A stretch of DNA of 64,000 bases from an uncultured delta proteobacterium. GTDB lineage: Bacteria; Desulfobacterota; Syntrophia; Syntrophales; UBA2192. Position 1 is the first letter of the stretch, and each line of letters starts with the position of its first letter. The notes beneath the pieces were generated by a model. That model made no database searches. It saw only the letters and a program-made list of their open reading frames with translations, and was not told the origin of the DNA. The translations under genes and the position numbers were made by a program. The stretch covers positions 32,001 through 96,000 of the forward strand of contig CAVPJD010000008.1 of NCBI GenBank assembly GCA_963705165.1, in the 5' to 3' direction. Positions 37,460 through 47,174 of this stretch are shown in pieces.

Positions 37460-38953
37460 ATGAACAGCCTGACCCTCGGACTGGTGGGCACGATCCCCCT
37501 GATCCTTCTTTTCGCGGGCCTGACGGCGACGAAGATCAAGTCGCACTTCGTGACGCTCGCGGGGCTTGTCGTCACTGCGGCACTGGCCGCTTTTGTCTGG
37601 AACATGGATCCCGGGCGGCTCGGCTTATCGGCCCTCGAAGGCGCTCTCATCGCCCTTGTGCCCATCGTCTGGGTCATCCTCGCCGCCGTCTTCACCTATT
37701 TCGCCGGCGTCGAGTCGGGCGCCATGGAGACGGTGAGGGCAACCCTGGTGACGCTCTCGCCCGACCGCAACGTCCAGGCCGTCATCATCGCATACTGCTT
37801 CGGCGGGTTTCTGGAGGGTGTGGCCGGTTTCGGAACGGCCGTCACGATCCCCACGGCGGTCCTCATCACCATGGGGTTTGCCCCCATCCAGGCCGCCGTG
37901 ATTGCGCTGCTGGCCAACTCCGTTCCCGTGGCCTTCGGCGCCCTGGGCATTCCCGTCATCGTGCTCGCCCAGATAACGGGCCTGGACCTCACCACCCTGA
38001 CGCGGTACGTGGCCCTGCAGCTGCTGCCCTTCAGCATCCTGGTCCCTCTGGTCATCGCCCTGATCAGCAACGGAGGCCCCCGGGGCCTTGGCCCATCCCT
38101 TCCCGATGTCTTCCTCCTGGGAACCCTTTTCGGCGCCGCCCAGACCGTCACGGCTTTCTGGCTCGGGCCCGAGCTTGTGGCCGTCATGGGCTCGCTGGGG
38201 TCGCTCGCGTTTTACCTCGCCTGGAAAACGATGACCGGCAGGTGGACGGCCGCGGGAGACCGGAAGGAACTTCTCCTGGCCCTCTCGTCCTACATCATCC
38301 TGCTTGCCCTGGTCCTCGTGACGCGGCTGCTCCCGCTCGATTTCCCGAAGCGGCCCCCCTTCACGTTCCTGCTCCCCCTGGGCATCAACCCCGTGAAGAT
38401 CGACTGGCTTACGACGCCGGGAACCCTTCTCTTCCTGTCGGCCGTTGCGGGCTCGCTGCTGCAGGGGCTGTCGCTCAGGCAGGTGAGCCGCGTCTTTGTC
38501 CAGTCCCTCGACCGGATCAAGTGGAGCGCCTGGACGATCATCAATATCGTCGCCCTGGCCAAGATCATGGGCTACTCGGGGATGGTGAACTCGACGGCCA
38601 CGATGCTCGCGGCCCTCTCGGGCAAGGCCTACCCCCTGATCGCCCCGGGCCTGGGGGCCATCGGGACCTTTGTCACGGGAAGCGACACGGCCTCCAACAT
38701 CCTTCTGGGCGAACTGCAGCGGGAGACGGCCAAACGGATCGGCGCCGACGTCCACTGGATCTGCGCATCGAACACCTCGGGGGCCACGGCGGGGAAAATG
38801 ATCTCGCCCCAGAGTATCTCCGTAGCCGCCGCCACGGTGGGCCTGCAGTCCGAGGAACGCGCCATCGTCCGCACGACGTTCCTATACTGTGCGGGGTATT
38901 CGATCCTCTTGGGCCTATTGGTCTTCGCAGTGAACCATCTCCTGGTCGCGTGA
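37460..38953 (+). CDS. L-lactate permease family protein
   Basis: FGGFLEGVAGFG, ANSVPVAFGALGIP, FVTGSDTASN, GKMISPQSI. Confidence 0.92.
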   Translation: MNSLTLGLVGTIPLILLFAGLTATKIKSHFVTLAGLVVTAALAAFVWNMDPGRLGLSALEGALIALVPIVWVILAAVFTYFAGVESGAMETVRATLVTLSPDRNVQAVIIAYCFGGFLEGVAGFGTAVTIPTAVLITMGFAPIQAAVIALLANSVPVAFGALGIPVIVLAQITGLDLTTLTRYVALQLLPFSILVPLVIALISNGGPRGLGPSLPDVFLLGTLFGAAQTVTAFWLGPELVAVMGSLGSLAFYLAWKTMTGRWTAAGDRKELLLALSSYIILLALVLVTRLLPLDFPKRPPFTFLLPLGINPVKIDWLTTPGTLLFLSAVAGSLLQGLSLRQVSRVFVQSLDRIKWSAWTIINIVALAKIMGYSGMVNSTATMLAALSGKAYPLIAPGLGAIGTFVTGSDTASNILLGELQRETAKRIGADVHWICASNTSGATAGKMISPQSISVAAATVGLQSEERAIVRTTFLYCAGYSILLGLLVFAVNHLLVA

Positions 38954-40185
38954 TGAAAAACGAAAACAAAATCATCCTCTTCCCCGTGGCGTCCCACTTT
39001 CTCTTTCACTTCTACGAGATCGCCTTTCCGGCACTCGCCATCCCGCTGACGATTTCGCTGAACATGAGCCTCAAGGACGTCCTCGCGCTGGGGTTTCCGA
39101 TGTATCTCATGTTCGGCCTCTTCGCGCTCCCCTGGGGGTTTTTCGCCGATCACTTCAGCAACCGGCTCGCCCTCATGATCGGCTTTTTCGGCTGTGCCGC
39201 GGGTTCCTTCCTCACGGCCCTGTCGTCGACGCCCACGGGAATCCTGTGGTCGCTGGCCGTCGTCGGGATTTTCTCCTGCATCTCCCACCCGGCAGGCATG
39301 GGTCTCATCTCCCACGGGGTGAAAAACCGGGGGGCGGCCCTGGGCATTTTCAGCGTGGCGGGGACCGTCGGGCTCATCGTGGGGCCTGTCCTGGCGGGGC
39401 TCATGAACTGGCTGGCGGGCTGGAAGGTGGCTTACGCCGTCATGGGCGCCGTGAGCCTCCTGTGGGGCATCGCCCTCATCTTCATCCGGATCGACGAGAC
39501 CCCCGTCACGCAGGAAAGCGCCCCTGCCGGCGGCGGGGGGAACAACAACGCCTTCCCGCTGGGGACCGTCATCCTCTTCTTCTGGATCGTCACGCTGGGC
39601 GGGCTCGTCTACCGGATCAACATCGTGGCCCTGCCGGCCTTTCTCGAGTTCAAGGCGGGATTTCTCTCACGAGCCTTTCACGACATGCTGAGTATTCCGG
39701 ACATAGCGGCCACGACGACAATGGCTGCGGCCGCCCTGACGTCGCTCATCTATGTCGCGGGGATCTTCGGCCAGCTCTGGGGAGGCCGGATCGCAGACCG
39801 TTACGAGCTGAGGCGCCTCTACATCGTGTTCAACGCCGCCATCCTGCCCCTGGCACTGCTCATGGCTTTTCTCACGGAACAGTACCTTGTTGCCGCGGCG
39901 GCGGCCTACGTATTCTTCGCATTGGGGATCCAGCCCATCGAGAACAGCCTCATCGCCACCTTCACGCCCCCTCGCTGGCGAAGCACGGGCTACGGCCTTG
40001 CGGCGATCCTCATTTTCGGCGTGGGGGCGCTCGCCGTCTATCTCGTCGGCTGGGTCTCGACCCGCTGGTCGCTGGGGACGGTTTACCTCTTCTCGAGTGC
40101 CCTGCTGGTGCTCATCGTCGTGAACATCGTCTTTCTGTTCGGCGCAACGCGCGGGCGCGAGCTGCGCAACAGGAGACAATCCTGA
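38953..40185 (+). CDS. MFS transporter
   Basis: TGATG overlap with lactate permease; GFFADHFS and GRIADRY motif A; 12 TM pattern. Confidence 0.9.
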   Translation: MKNENKIILFPVASHFLFHFYEIAFPALAIPLTISLNMSLKDVLALGFPMYLMFGLFALPWGFFADHFSNRLALMIGFFGCAAGSFLTALSSTPTGILWSLAVVGIFSCISHPAGMGLISHGVKNRGAALGIFSVAGTVGLIVGPVLAGLMNWLAGWKVAYAVMGAVSLLWGIALIFIRIDETPVTQESAPAGGGGNNNAFPLGTVILFFWIVTLGGLVYRINIVALPAFLEFKAGFLSRAFHDMLSIPDIAATTTMAAAALTSLIYVAGIFGQLWGGRIADRYELRRLYIVFNAAILPLALLMAFLTEQYLVAAAAAYVFFALGIQPIENSLIATFTPPRWRSTGYGLAAILIFGVGALAVYLVGWVSTRWSLGTVYLFSSALLVLIVVNIVFLFGATRGRELRNRRQS

Positions 40186-40227
40186 GCAAAAGGGTATCGG
40201 ATCGGGGGATGGATTGAGAAGGGGGGC

Positions 40228-40650
40228 TCAGGAGTTTGGGGCCGAGAGCTTCACCCGCTCCCCGCCTATCTCAAGGGTGGTCTTGGAATAGGTGTACTTC
40301 TTGATGATCTTGCCGTCCCGGAAGTGCATCACGTCGACGCCGCGGCGCCGCTCCAGCTTTCCTTCATGGCCCTTTTCCATGGACGGCCAGTCGAGAGACC
40401 AGCGGAAGAGGACCTTTTCGGCCTTCTCGTCGACAAAGAGATCCTCCGTCGTGAAGCGAAATCCGCCGTGATTCGCAAACCAGGGCGCCCATGCCTGCCG
40501 CAGGGCCTCCTTGCCCCTGGCGCTCCCTCCCGTCCAGTTCTCGAACTCCACCTCGTCGTGGAGAAGCTCCATGACCCTGTCGAGGTCGTGCTCATTCCAG
40601 GCGTCATTCCAGCGTGTCAGCAGGGCGATGGTTTTGTCTCGGTCTAACAT
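40228..40650 (-). CDS. SnoaL-like / NTF2 family protein
   Basis: WNDAWNEHDLD, GKEALR, RRGVDVMHFRDGKIIKK. Confidence 0.88.
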   Translation of the reverse strand: MLDRDKTIALLTRWNDAWNEHDLDRVMELLHDEVEFENWTGGSARGKEALRQAWAPWFANHGGFRFTTEDLFVDEKAEKVLFRWSLDWPSMEKGHEGKLERRRGVDVMHFRDGKIIKKYTYSKTTLEIGGERVKLSAPNS

Positions 40651-40684
40651 GGTATGTCCCGTCTATTCGGTCTGTCCAGATGGC

Positions 40685-40770
40685 GGGTTCAGGGTCCAGG
40701 GGCCAGGGTTCAGGGAAGGAAAAAGATTTGTTCTATACCCTGTACCCTATACCCGGTACCCTGTACCCTG
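40685..40770. repeat. Heptamer repeats with inverted arm (GGGTTCA / TACCCTG)
   Basis: gggttca gggtcca ggggcca gggttca ggg ... taccctg tacccta tacccgg taccctg taccctg. Confidence 0.85.
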
Positions 40771-40783
40771 AAGTAGGCTTCGC

Positions 40784-41157
40784 CTACTTCAAGATGATCT
40801 TCGAATCCGGTCCCTGCGCGTTGGGAACGATGATGCGCGACTGCTCCTGGCGCTGCGCCTCCTTGATTTCCTCAGCCAGCTTCGCCAGGAACTGGTCCAT
40901 CACCTCGGGGAATTTCTCGGCCGCTTCCTGGAGATTTTTCGCCTCGATGGGAAACTGAACCGGCAGAGGCCCCTGGGGGGACATGATGTTCGTCTGCCCC
41001 ACGAAGACGTACTTCCGCGCTTTGTCGATCTCGCCGTTGGGCTTGACGGCGTGAGCTGGCGGATGGCCGCCGTGCGCATGTCCGTGTACATCTCTTCCCT
41101 GTAGAGGTTCTGCAGGTTGACCTTGACCTTACCCTTTTCCGTATCTTCCATGTTCAT
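40784..41157 (-). pseudogene. Conserved hypothetical cytoplasmic protein with 1-nt deletion at ~41049 (possibly an assembly error)
   Basis: NLYREEMYTDMRTAAIRQLTP|VKPNGEIDKARKYVFVGQTNIMSPQGPLPVQFPIEA...IIVP joins by restoring one base; GAGGAG RBS. Confidence 0.82.
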
Positions 41158-41252
41158 GATTTCTCCTCGCTTTGCGGTCCGGGATCGGACTTGATGCCGC
41201 TCCCATAACACATTCCCTGCCCCAAAACAATCGCCCGCTTTTAAAGAAAGGC

Positions 41253-41355
41253 CGGGTCCAGGGGCCAGGGTCCAGGGTTCAGGGAAGGAATAAGATTCTT
41301 TCCGGTGTCTTTTTCCCTTCACCCACTGGTCACTGGTCCCTAATCACTGTCACTG
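41253..41355. repeat. Heptamer repeats (GGGTCCA x4; CACTGGT-like)
   Basis: gggtcca ggggcca gggtcca gggttca ggg ... cactggt cactggt ccctaat cactgt cactg. Confidence 0.75.
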
Positions 41356-42134
41356 CTTTCAACGATGGCCACCGGCCTGCACCACCCTGCGCTCGCCCCC
41401 TTTACCTTGACGGGAAAGCAGCAGAGTGTGAACCCGTGGGGGCGGCCAATGGCCGAGAGGTTGGCCATCTTCTCCATGTGGCAGTAGCCGATGTCGATTC
41501 CGGCAAAGTGGGCCTCCCAGATTACCCGCGCATCGCCGGTTCGTTTGAATTCCTCGGCGATATAAGACAGCGGCCTGTCCCAGCTCCAGGCATCGGTGCC
41601 CACGATCTTGACGCCCTTCTCCAACAGCCAGAGGGTGCTCTCACGCTCCATGCCGGGCCCCTTCACGAGGTACTCCGGCCTACCCCAGGCTGCGTCCGCA
41701 CCCGTCTGGATCACGACAATGTCGAGGGGCTTGATCTCATAGCGGACCCTCGCGAGGGCCTTCTTGACGTCGTCCACCGTGACGCGCTCGCCATCAGCTT
41801 TGTGGCGGAAATCGAGGACGACCCCGTCGCCCATGCACCACTCGAGGGGAATCTCGTCAATGGTCATGGCGGGCTTGCCGCCGTCCATGGTGGGGTGGTA
41901 GTGCCAGGGGGCATCGAGGTGGGTGCCGCTGTGCGTCGTGAGGTGGACAAATTCGAGCGCCCAGCCAAGCCCGCCGGGAAGCTGCTCCGTCTTCACCCCG
42001 GTGAAAAAGTCCTTCATCTGCTCGGCGCCCTGCTTGTGGCCGACGTAGTCTATTTTCGGGATCATCCAGGCGGGATCGCTCGGAAGCCCCGACTCGATGG
42101 CGATGCTGAGATCGACAAAACGCCTTTTCTTCAT
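41340..42134 (-). CDS. Cyclase family metal-dependent hydrolase (kynurenine formamidase-like)
   Basis: HSGTHLDAPWH, GTDAWSWD, HMEKMANL, PVKVKGASAGW. Confidence 0.92.
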   Translation of the reverse strand: MKKRRFVDLSIAIESGLPSDPAWMIPKIDYVGHKQGAEQMKDFFTGVKTEQLPGGLGWALEFVHLTTHSGTHLDAPWHYHPTMDGGKPAMTIDEIPLEWCMGDGVVLDFRHKADGERVTVDDVKKALARVRYEIKPLDIVVIQTGADAAWGRPEYLVKGPGMERESTLWLLEKGVKIVGTDAWSWDRPLSYIAEEFKRTGDARVIWEAHFAGIDIGYCHMEKMANLSAIGRPHGFTLCCFPVKVKGASAGWCRPVAIVESSDSD

Positions 42135-42181
42135 AGTGCAACTCCCCACCTATCTCTCCTCATACCCGAGCGGCATCACGT

Positions 42182-42220
42182 AAAAGGGGCCCTGCCGCAT
42201 TTGACGAGGCTCAGGCCCCT
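42182..42220 (-). terminator. Intrinsic terminator downstream of the selenoprotein TAG
   Basis: AGGGGCC/GGCCCCT stem with U-tract on minus strand, starting 6 nt after TAG at 42226. Confidence 0.6.
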
Positions 42221-42225
42221 GCGTT

Positions 42226-42639
42226 CTACATCGGCTCCGTGGGGAAGCCGGCCTCCAACCACTCGTTCCACCCGCCCTTCAGGGCGTAAACCTTCTTGAA
42301 TCCCAGTTTGGTCATTTCCTGTGCCACCCAGGCACTGGTCCCTTCTCCGTGTCAGGCACAGTAGAGGACGATCGTCTTGTCCTTGGGGTACTTGGCCGCC
42401 CAGGATTTCACTTCCTCCTTGGGGTTTTCCCGGACGGCGCCCTTGATTTTCTGGCTGCTCTTGGCCAGGTCGGCCGCCTGCCGCACGTCGATGACGACGA
42501 GTTCCGGCTTGCCCAGCATCATCTTGAGCTCTTCTTTGCTCATTTTCTCGACCTGCGCCGACACATCGGTGCCCGAAAGCAGCAACAGGATGCCCAGCAC
42601 GAGGCCTGCCCCGATCACGGCAATGACTCTGTTGTTCAT
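42226..42639 (-). CDS. Secreted rhodanese-like selenoprotein (UGA=Sec at 42352-42354, codon 96)
   Basis: VVIDVR...IKGAVR...TIVLYCA-UGA-HGEGTSAWVAQEMTKLGFKKVYALKGGWNEWLEAGFPTEPM-TAG; SECIS-like hairpin after UGA. Confidence 0.9.
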
Positions 42640-42731
42640 AGGTTGAACCCTCCTTTCCATGGCTTGATACTTATGAATGATCCCACAGAAACCCCGCGAT
42701 GAAAAGCGAAACTCCGGGGCCAAAAGAGCGC

Positions 42732-42760
42732 TTGACAAAAACGGCGGGAGTGTTTTTAAT
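42732..42760 (+). promoter_or_regulatory. Sigma-70 promoter with no downstream plus-strand gene
   Basis: TTGACA-17 bp-TTTAAT. Confidence 0.65.
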
Positions 42761-42766
42761 AGAGAA

Positions 42767-43078
42767 CAAGTTGCACGGAAATCCGATCTACTTCTTTTCT
42801 TCGACCTTTCCCTTTCATTTCCCTTTTGTGTCAACGATCTGCTTGCGAAATCTCGCTTTTCCCTTGATCCGCCACGACGAGCCGGGTACCGGCTCCTGAA
42901 CTCGCAACTCACAAAAAGCGCTGCCGAAATTGCTCGAAAAGAGTGCTTTCTTCTTCCAGGGGTTCATTTTCCAGCCCCTCGCATCTCCCCCAAGCATCCC
43001 CCGCGGGTGCGCGCGGCCTGACGGGGATGTAGCTATAGCAGGAGGGCTTCCTCTCAGGGGTTTCGAGGAAGCCCTCCT
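42767..43078 (+). ncRNA. Candidate ~310-nt small RNA (unrecognised family)
   Basis: Follows orphan promoter; CU-rich tracts, stems at 42879-95 and 42994-43030, 14-bp perfect terminal stem 43040-43078; no credible ORF. Confidence 0.35.
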
Positions 43079-43112
43079 CGCATTGTGGGCCGCTTGAGGA
43101 ATTGGATTTTCA

Positions 43113-43151
43113 CCCTCACCCCGGCCCTCTCCCCTCAAGGGCGAGGGAGAT
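43113..43151 (+). repeat. REP-like palindrome, CCCTCACCCC type
   Basis: ccctcaccccggccctctcccctcaagggcgagggagat just past the 3' end of the HD gene. Confidence 0.7.
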
Positions 43152-43165
43152 TGAGGTAGGGTTCA

Positions 43166-43726
43166 CTACAGGCCGAGCCGATCGCTGATCATACTCATCG
43201 CCTTTAGCGACAGCTCCACGAACTCCTCCAGCGGGATGCCGATCTTTTCGCACTCGAGGATGTTCTCGCGGCTCACCGAGGCGGCAAAGGCCTTCTCCTT
43301 CATCCGCTTGACCACCGACCTTGACTTCACGCCGGCAATCTTTTTGTCGGGGTAGACCATCGCGGTGGCGACGATGAGGCCTGTGACCGTCTCGCCCGCC
43401 GCAAGGGCGTGCTGGAACTCGGTGCTTCGCTTCGCCCCGGCCGCCGTCTCGTTGTGCATCTTGACAGCGTCGATGATCTCGGCATCCAGGCCCTTCTCCT
43501 TCAGGATCCTCTCCGTTTCCAGACAGTGGACGTTGAGATCTGCGTTGCAGAGCTCCACGTCGAGATCGTGCAGCAGGCCCGCGAGGCCCCACTTTTCTTC
43601 GTCGCGCCCCAGCCTCCGGGCAAGCGCCCGCATGACGGCCTCCGAGGCCAGGCAGTGATTGATCATCCGTTCATTCTGGATATGCTGCCCGAGCAGCGCA
43701 AGCGCTTCATCCCGCGACATGGACAT
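43166..43726 (-). CDS. HDIG-domain metal-dependent phosphohydrolase
   Basis: HCLASEAVMRALA, WGLAGLLHDLD, TGLIVATAMV, MKEKAFAASVSRE. Confidence 0.9.
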   Translation of the reverse strand: MSMSRDEALALLGQHIQNERMINHCLASEAVMRALARRLGRDEEKWGLAGLLHDLDVELCNADLNVHCLETERILKEKGLDAEIIDAVKMHNETAAGAKRSTEFQHALAAGETVTGLIVATAMVYPDKKIAGVKSRSVVKRMKEKAFAASVSRENILECEKIGIPLEEFVELSLKAMSMISDRLGL

Positions 43727-43757
43727 CGTTTCACCCCCTTTGAATCACAGCCTTCCT

Positions 43758-44750
43758 TCACGTCGATTTTCTCATGAAGTTCATCATGGCCTCGCCGTAG
43801 CGCTCGCCGGCAGCCACCCCTTTCGGGGCCATCGCCTCGAGGCGCGACCGATCCTCTGCCGTGAGGGTCACCCCGAGGGCCGCGACGTTCTCCTCCAGCC
43901 ATTTCCTGCGCTTTGTCCCGGGGATCGGGATGATATCCTCGCCCCTGGCCAGCACCCAGGCAAGGGCCAGCTGAGCCGCCGTGCAGCCCTTTTCCTTCGC
44001 CATCTCGACGACCCCTTTTGCCAGTGCGAGGTTCTTCCGGAGGTTCTCTTCCTGGAAGCGGGGATTGGTACGCCGGAAATCATCCTCGCTCAGATCCTCC
44101 TGTTTTGTGATCTTTCCCGCGAGAAACCCACGCCCCAGGGGGCTGTAAGCCACATAGCCGATCCCCAGTTCGCGGCAGACGGGCAGGCTGTCGTCTTCGT
44201 GATCCCGCGTCCAGAGGGAATATTCGCTCTGGAGGGCCGTGATGGGGTGGACGGCAAAGGCGCGCCGCAGGGTGTTCGGCCCTGCCTCCGAAAGGCCCAG
44301 GAAGCGAACTTTTCCTTCCTTCACCAGACCGGCCATGGCCCCCACGGTCTCCTCGACGGGCACCTCCGGGTCCATGCGGTGCTGGTAGTAGAGGTCGATT
44401 ACGTCAACGCCGAGGCGCTTCAGGCTCGCCTCGCAGGCCGATCGGACATAATCGGGCCTGCCGCAGAACCCGCGGTAGCTCGGGTCGGCGCTTCGCAGGA
44501 TGCCGAACTTGGTGGCGAGAAACACCTCCTTTCGCCGGTCGCGGATGGCCCGGCCCACGAGTTCCTCGTTTGTGAAGGGCCCGTAGACGTCGGCCGTGTC
44601 GAGGAAGTTGATTCCCAGGTCGATTGCCCGGTGGATCGTGGCGATGGATTCCGCCTCGTCCCGCGGGCCGTAGAATTCCGACATCCCCATGCATCCCAGG
44701 CCCATCGCCGAAACGACAGGGCCGTCTTTCCCCAGCCGTCTTGTTTTCAT
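43758..44750 (-). CDS. Aldo/keto reductase
   Basis: [44 protein letters not shown]. Confidence 0.95.
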   Translation of the reverse strand: MKTRRLGKDGPVVSAMGLGCMGMSEFYGPRDEAESIATIHRAIDLGINFLDTADVYGPFTNEELVGRAIRDRRKEVFLATKFGILRSADPSYRGFCGRPDYVRSACEASLKRLGVDVIDLYYQHRMDPEVPVEETVGAMAGLVKEGKVRFLGLSEAGPNTLRRAFAVHPITALQSEYSLWTRDHEDDSLPVCRELGIGYVAYSPLGRGFLAGKITKQEDLSEDDFRRTNPRFQEENLRKNLALAKGVVEMAKEKGCTAAQLALAWVLARGEDIIPIPGTKRRKWLEENVAALGVTLTAEDRSRLEAMAPKGVAAGERYGEAMMNFMRKST

Positions 44751-44951
44751 ATCCTGCGCCTTTCCGAACCGCTTACGGCAGATCTTTTCTGTCCTTGAGA
44801 GGTTCCCGGACACGTCCGGGAAACCTTACACTCTGCCCCCTACCTTCCCACAAATCATTTGTGCGATCAACCACGGGTTTCGCGCCACCTTGCGTTTCCG
44901 CCGATGACTTGCTATAGTCTCGAAGCACTTCACCCACGAGGAGCATTCTTT

Positions 44952-45881
44952 ATGTGCATCCGCATGTTTTTGCCTGCCATCCTGTCCGCGGCCCTGTTGT
45001 TCACAATCTTCTCCCCCGGCGCCCAGGCCCAGCCTGCAGGCTTCGGGGACGCGAACCGAACGGTGTACTCCTTCTCGTTTTCGCCGATCTACCAGTTCGA
45101 GTCCGATTTCGACCGCAGCGGCAGCTTCAGCGTGCAGCGCTACGCGTTCCAATTCGACACCTCGACGCCCGTTACGAACTCTCTGCGCGCGGGCATCAGC
45201 CTGGGCTACGATTTCGAGAAATATGACTTCTCCGGCACGACGTCCTTCGCGGGGGCGGACCCCTGGAGCGACATCCACCGGTTCTCCGCCGGGCTGCCCG
45301 TCAGCTGGCGCATGACTGACAGCTGGTCGCTCTTCGTCTCGCCGCAGGTGGAGTGGTATGGCGAATCGGGCGTCGCCAAATGGGAGGACGCCTTCGGGTA
45401 CGGGGCCGTCTTTTCCGTGTCCTACCGCGTCAGTCCCGGGCTGACCCTGGGGGCCGGGGCAGGTGTTTTCAGCCGCATGGAGGAAACGAAGGGCTTTCCA
45501 TACATCGCCATCGACTGGAAGATCACCGAGGATCTGCGCCTGAGCAACCCCTTCCGGACGAGCCCCTCCGGTCCGGCAGGCCTGGAGCTTTCCTGGCGGC
45601 TCTCTGATCGCTGGGAGATCGCGGCGGGGGGCGCCTATCGGTCATTCCGTTTCCGCCTCGATGACAGCGGGGTTGCCCCCAACGGGATCGGCGAGGTGGA
45701 CTCGACGGTGGGCTATGCAAGGCTGACGTACCGGATGGGAAGGGACCTCAAGCTGGACCTCTACGGAGGTGCGGCCTTCAACGGCAAGATGAGGATCGCC
45801 GACCGCAACGGCAACGAGCTGGGCTCCGACGACTTCGATACGGCGCCCATGGCGGCCCTCTCCCTGACGCTGCAGCTCTGA
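44952..45881 (+). CDS. Outer-membrane beta-barrel protein (DUF6268-like)
   Basis: Signal peptide, alternating amphipathic beta strands, FPYIAIDWKI, GPAGLEL. Confidence 0.75.
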   Translation: MCIRMFLPAILSAALLFTIFSPGAQAQPAGFGDANRTVYSFSFSPIYQFESDFDRSGSFSVQRYAFQFDTSTPVTNSLRAGISLGYDFEKYDFSGTTSFAGADPWSDIHRFSAGLPVSWRMTDSWSLFVSPQVEWYGESGVAKWEDAFGYGAVFSVSYRVSPGLTLGAGAGVFSRMEETKGFPYIAIDWKITEDLRLSNPFRTSPSGPAGLELSWRLSDRWEIAAGGAYRSFRFRLDDSGVAPNGIGEVDSTVGYARLTYRMGRDLKLDLYGGAAFNGKMRIADRNGNELGSDDFDTAPMAALSLTLQL

Positions 45882-46017
45882 TCCCTGCAAAGGGTCTTTT
45901 CCTCGGCGGGGTGTCTGCCGCCAACCGCCACAAGGCATCTTTCTTGCTATGGAATAACTTCGTCCCCGGCCCATCGCCAGGCGAGCCTGCGAAACATTCC
46001 CCGGGGCGAGGTGATCC

Positions 46018-46881
46018 ATGCCGTACCGAAAGCTTGCAGCCATCGTCCTGGTTCTTTGCGTTGCGGCCTGCACGGGCGTGAAGGACGAGCCCCTTCCTCT
46101 CAGCCGCGAAAACATCGAGAAGTACGCCACGGCGGTCGGCAAGAGCTCCCGGAAAATCGAGCCCAATACGGGGACCGTCCTGGAACGGGTTGCCACCCTG
46201 TACAGGGACCCCCTCGAGAACAGCCTCGGCTACAGCTTCGACCGGACGCTCCGGCATTATTTCGTCAACCGGGCCGGCATCACGGCAGACCCCGAAGCGA
46301 AGGTCTTCGCCGACCTGATCACGCCGGGGGCCCAGGCCGTCCTCATGAATGCCGACGACGCCTTGCGGGCAGGGATCATTTCGACGAAGACCCGCGACCT
46401 GCTTTCGATTTTGGCGAAGTTCCGCTGCGACCACGCCCTGCTGCTCGGCAACGGGGAGTGGGAGCGGATGAGCGGTTTCCTGGGCCTGGTATCGGACTGC
46501 GAAAAGGAAAGCGATGGGCCCTGCACGGCCGGGAGGCTCGTCGAGCTGGCCGTCGAGCGGGAGATCATCCCGAGGCAGGAGATGGAGATCGCCTCGAAAG
46601 CCGCCGAAGAGGAGAGAATCGGCTACGTCCGGAATTTCCTGATCGCGCATTTCAACCTCTCGCACTGGGAGGGCGCCCGGCTTTTCATCGGGTCCGACGG
46701 GCACGAAATCGAGATCTCATCGCTCTTCGATGACCCGGAGGCTCAGATCATCACCAACGAGCGGGTCGTCTACCTGGCCGAGCAGTACGCGAAAATGATT
46801 AAAAAGGAAAAGAGCCTCCTGACGGAAAGCGGCGGCGCCCCCCTGCGGGCCCTGCAATCCGATCCGGGAAATCGCTCCTGA
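46018..46881 (+). CDS. Hypothetical lipoprotein
   Basis: VAAC lipobox; GAGG RBS; helical remainder. Confidence 0.75.
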   Translation: MPYRKLAAIVLVLCVAACTGVKDEPLPLSRENIEKYATAVGKSSRKIEPNTGTVLERVATLYRDPLENSLGYSFDRTLRHYFVNRAGITADPEAKVFADLITPGAQAVLMNADDALRAGIISTKTRDLLSILAKFRCDHALLLGNGEWERMSGFLGLVSDCEKESDGPCTAGRLVELAVEREIIPRQEMEIASKAAEEERIGYVRNFLIAHFNLSHWEGARLFIGSDGHEIEISSLFDDPEAQIITNERVVYLAEQYAKMIKKEKSLLTESGGAPLRALQSDPGNRS

Positions 46882-47022
46882 CCGGCCCCCGCCAACACCC
46901 TGCCGGGGTCATGGTTTTTCGTTCTGTTGTCCAAATTCTGTTCCTTAGAACTAGCGCTTGAGCGGGATTCTGGATAGCGAAGTTAGACGCGTTTTAGGTA
47001 ACCGCTCTTCCCCTTTCCCATA

Positions 47023-47051
47023 TTGACACCGGATCCAATTCCCCCTAGACT
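47023..47051 (+). promoter_or_regulatory. Sigma-70 promoter of the MaoC gene
   Basis: TTGACA-17 bp-TAGACT. Confidence 0.65.
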
Positions 47052-47174
47052 GCCTGTGGCGGCACAGCCTGCCGCACGGCCCATGGCCGGGCTCGCGTTT
47101 GCGATGACGGGGAAAGGGACATCCTTCCCGTTACCTCGCCGGTCACGGATCCATGATTGAAGGAGGGAGCTGTC

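Noticed and set aside
37201..38952. 994-aa ORF suggesting a giant MFS fusion
   Set aside because: The N-terminal 584 aa are an off-frame reading of the lactate permease; the MFS starts at ATG 38953.
42640..42912. 91-aa N-terminal extension of the rhodanese ORF
   Set aside because: AGGAGG RBS and signal peptide support ATG 42639; the extension overlaps the promoter region.
42960..43080. tRNA-Sec or SRP RNA near the selenoprotein
   Set aside because: No UCA anticodon arm, T-loop or CCA; GTCAGG on the minus strand lacks the GGAA..GCAG SRP helix.
47052..47160. Riboswitch in the MaoC leader
   Set aside because: Only independent short GC hairpins with no recognisable aptamer; not distinguishable from chance by eye.
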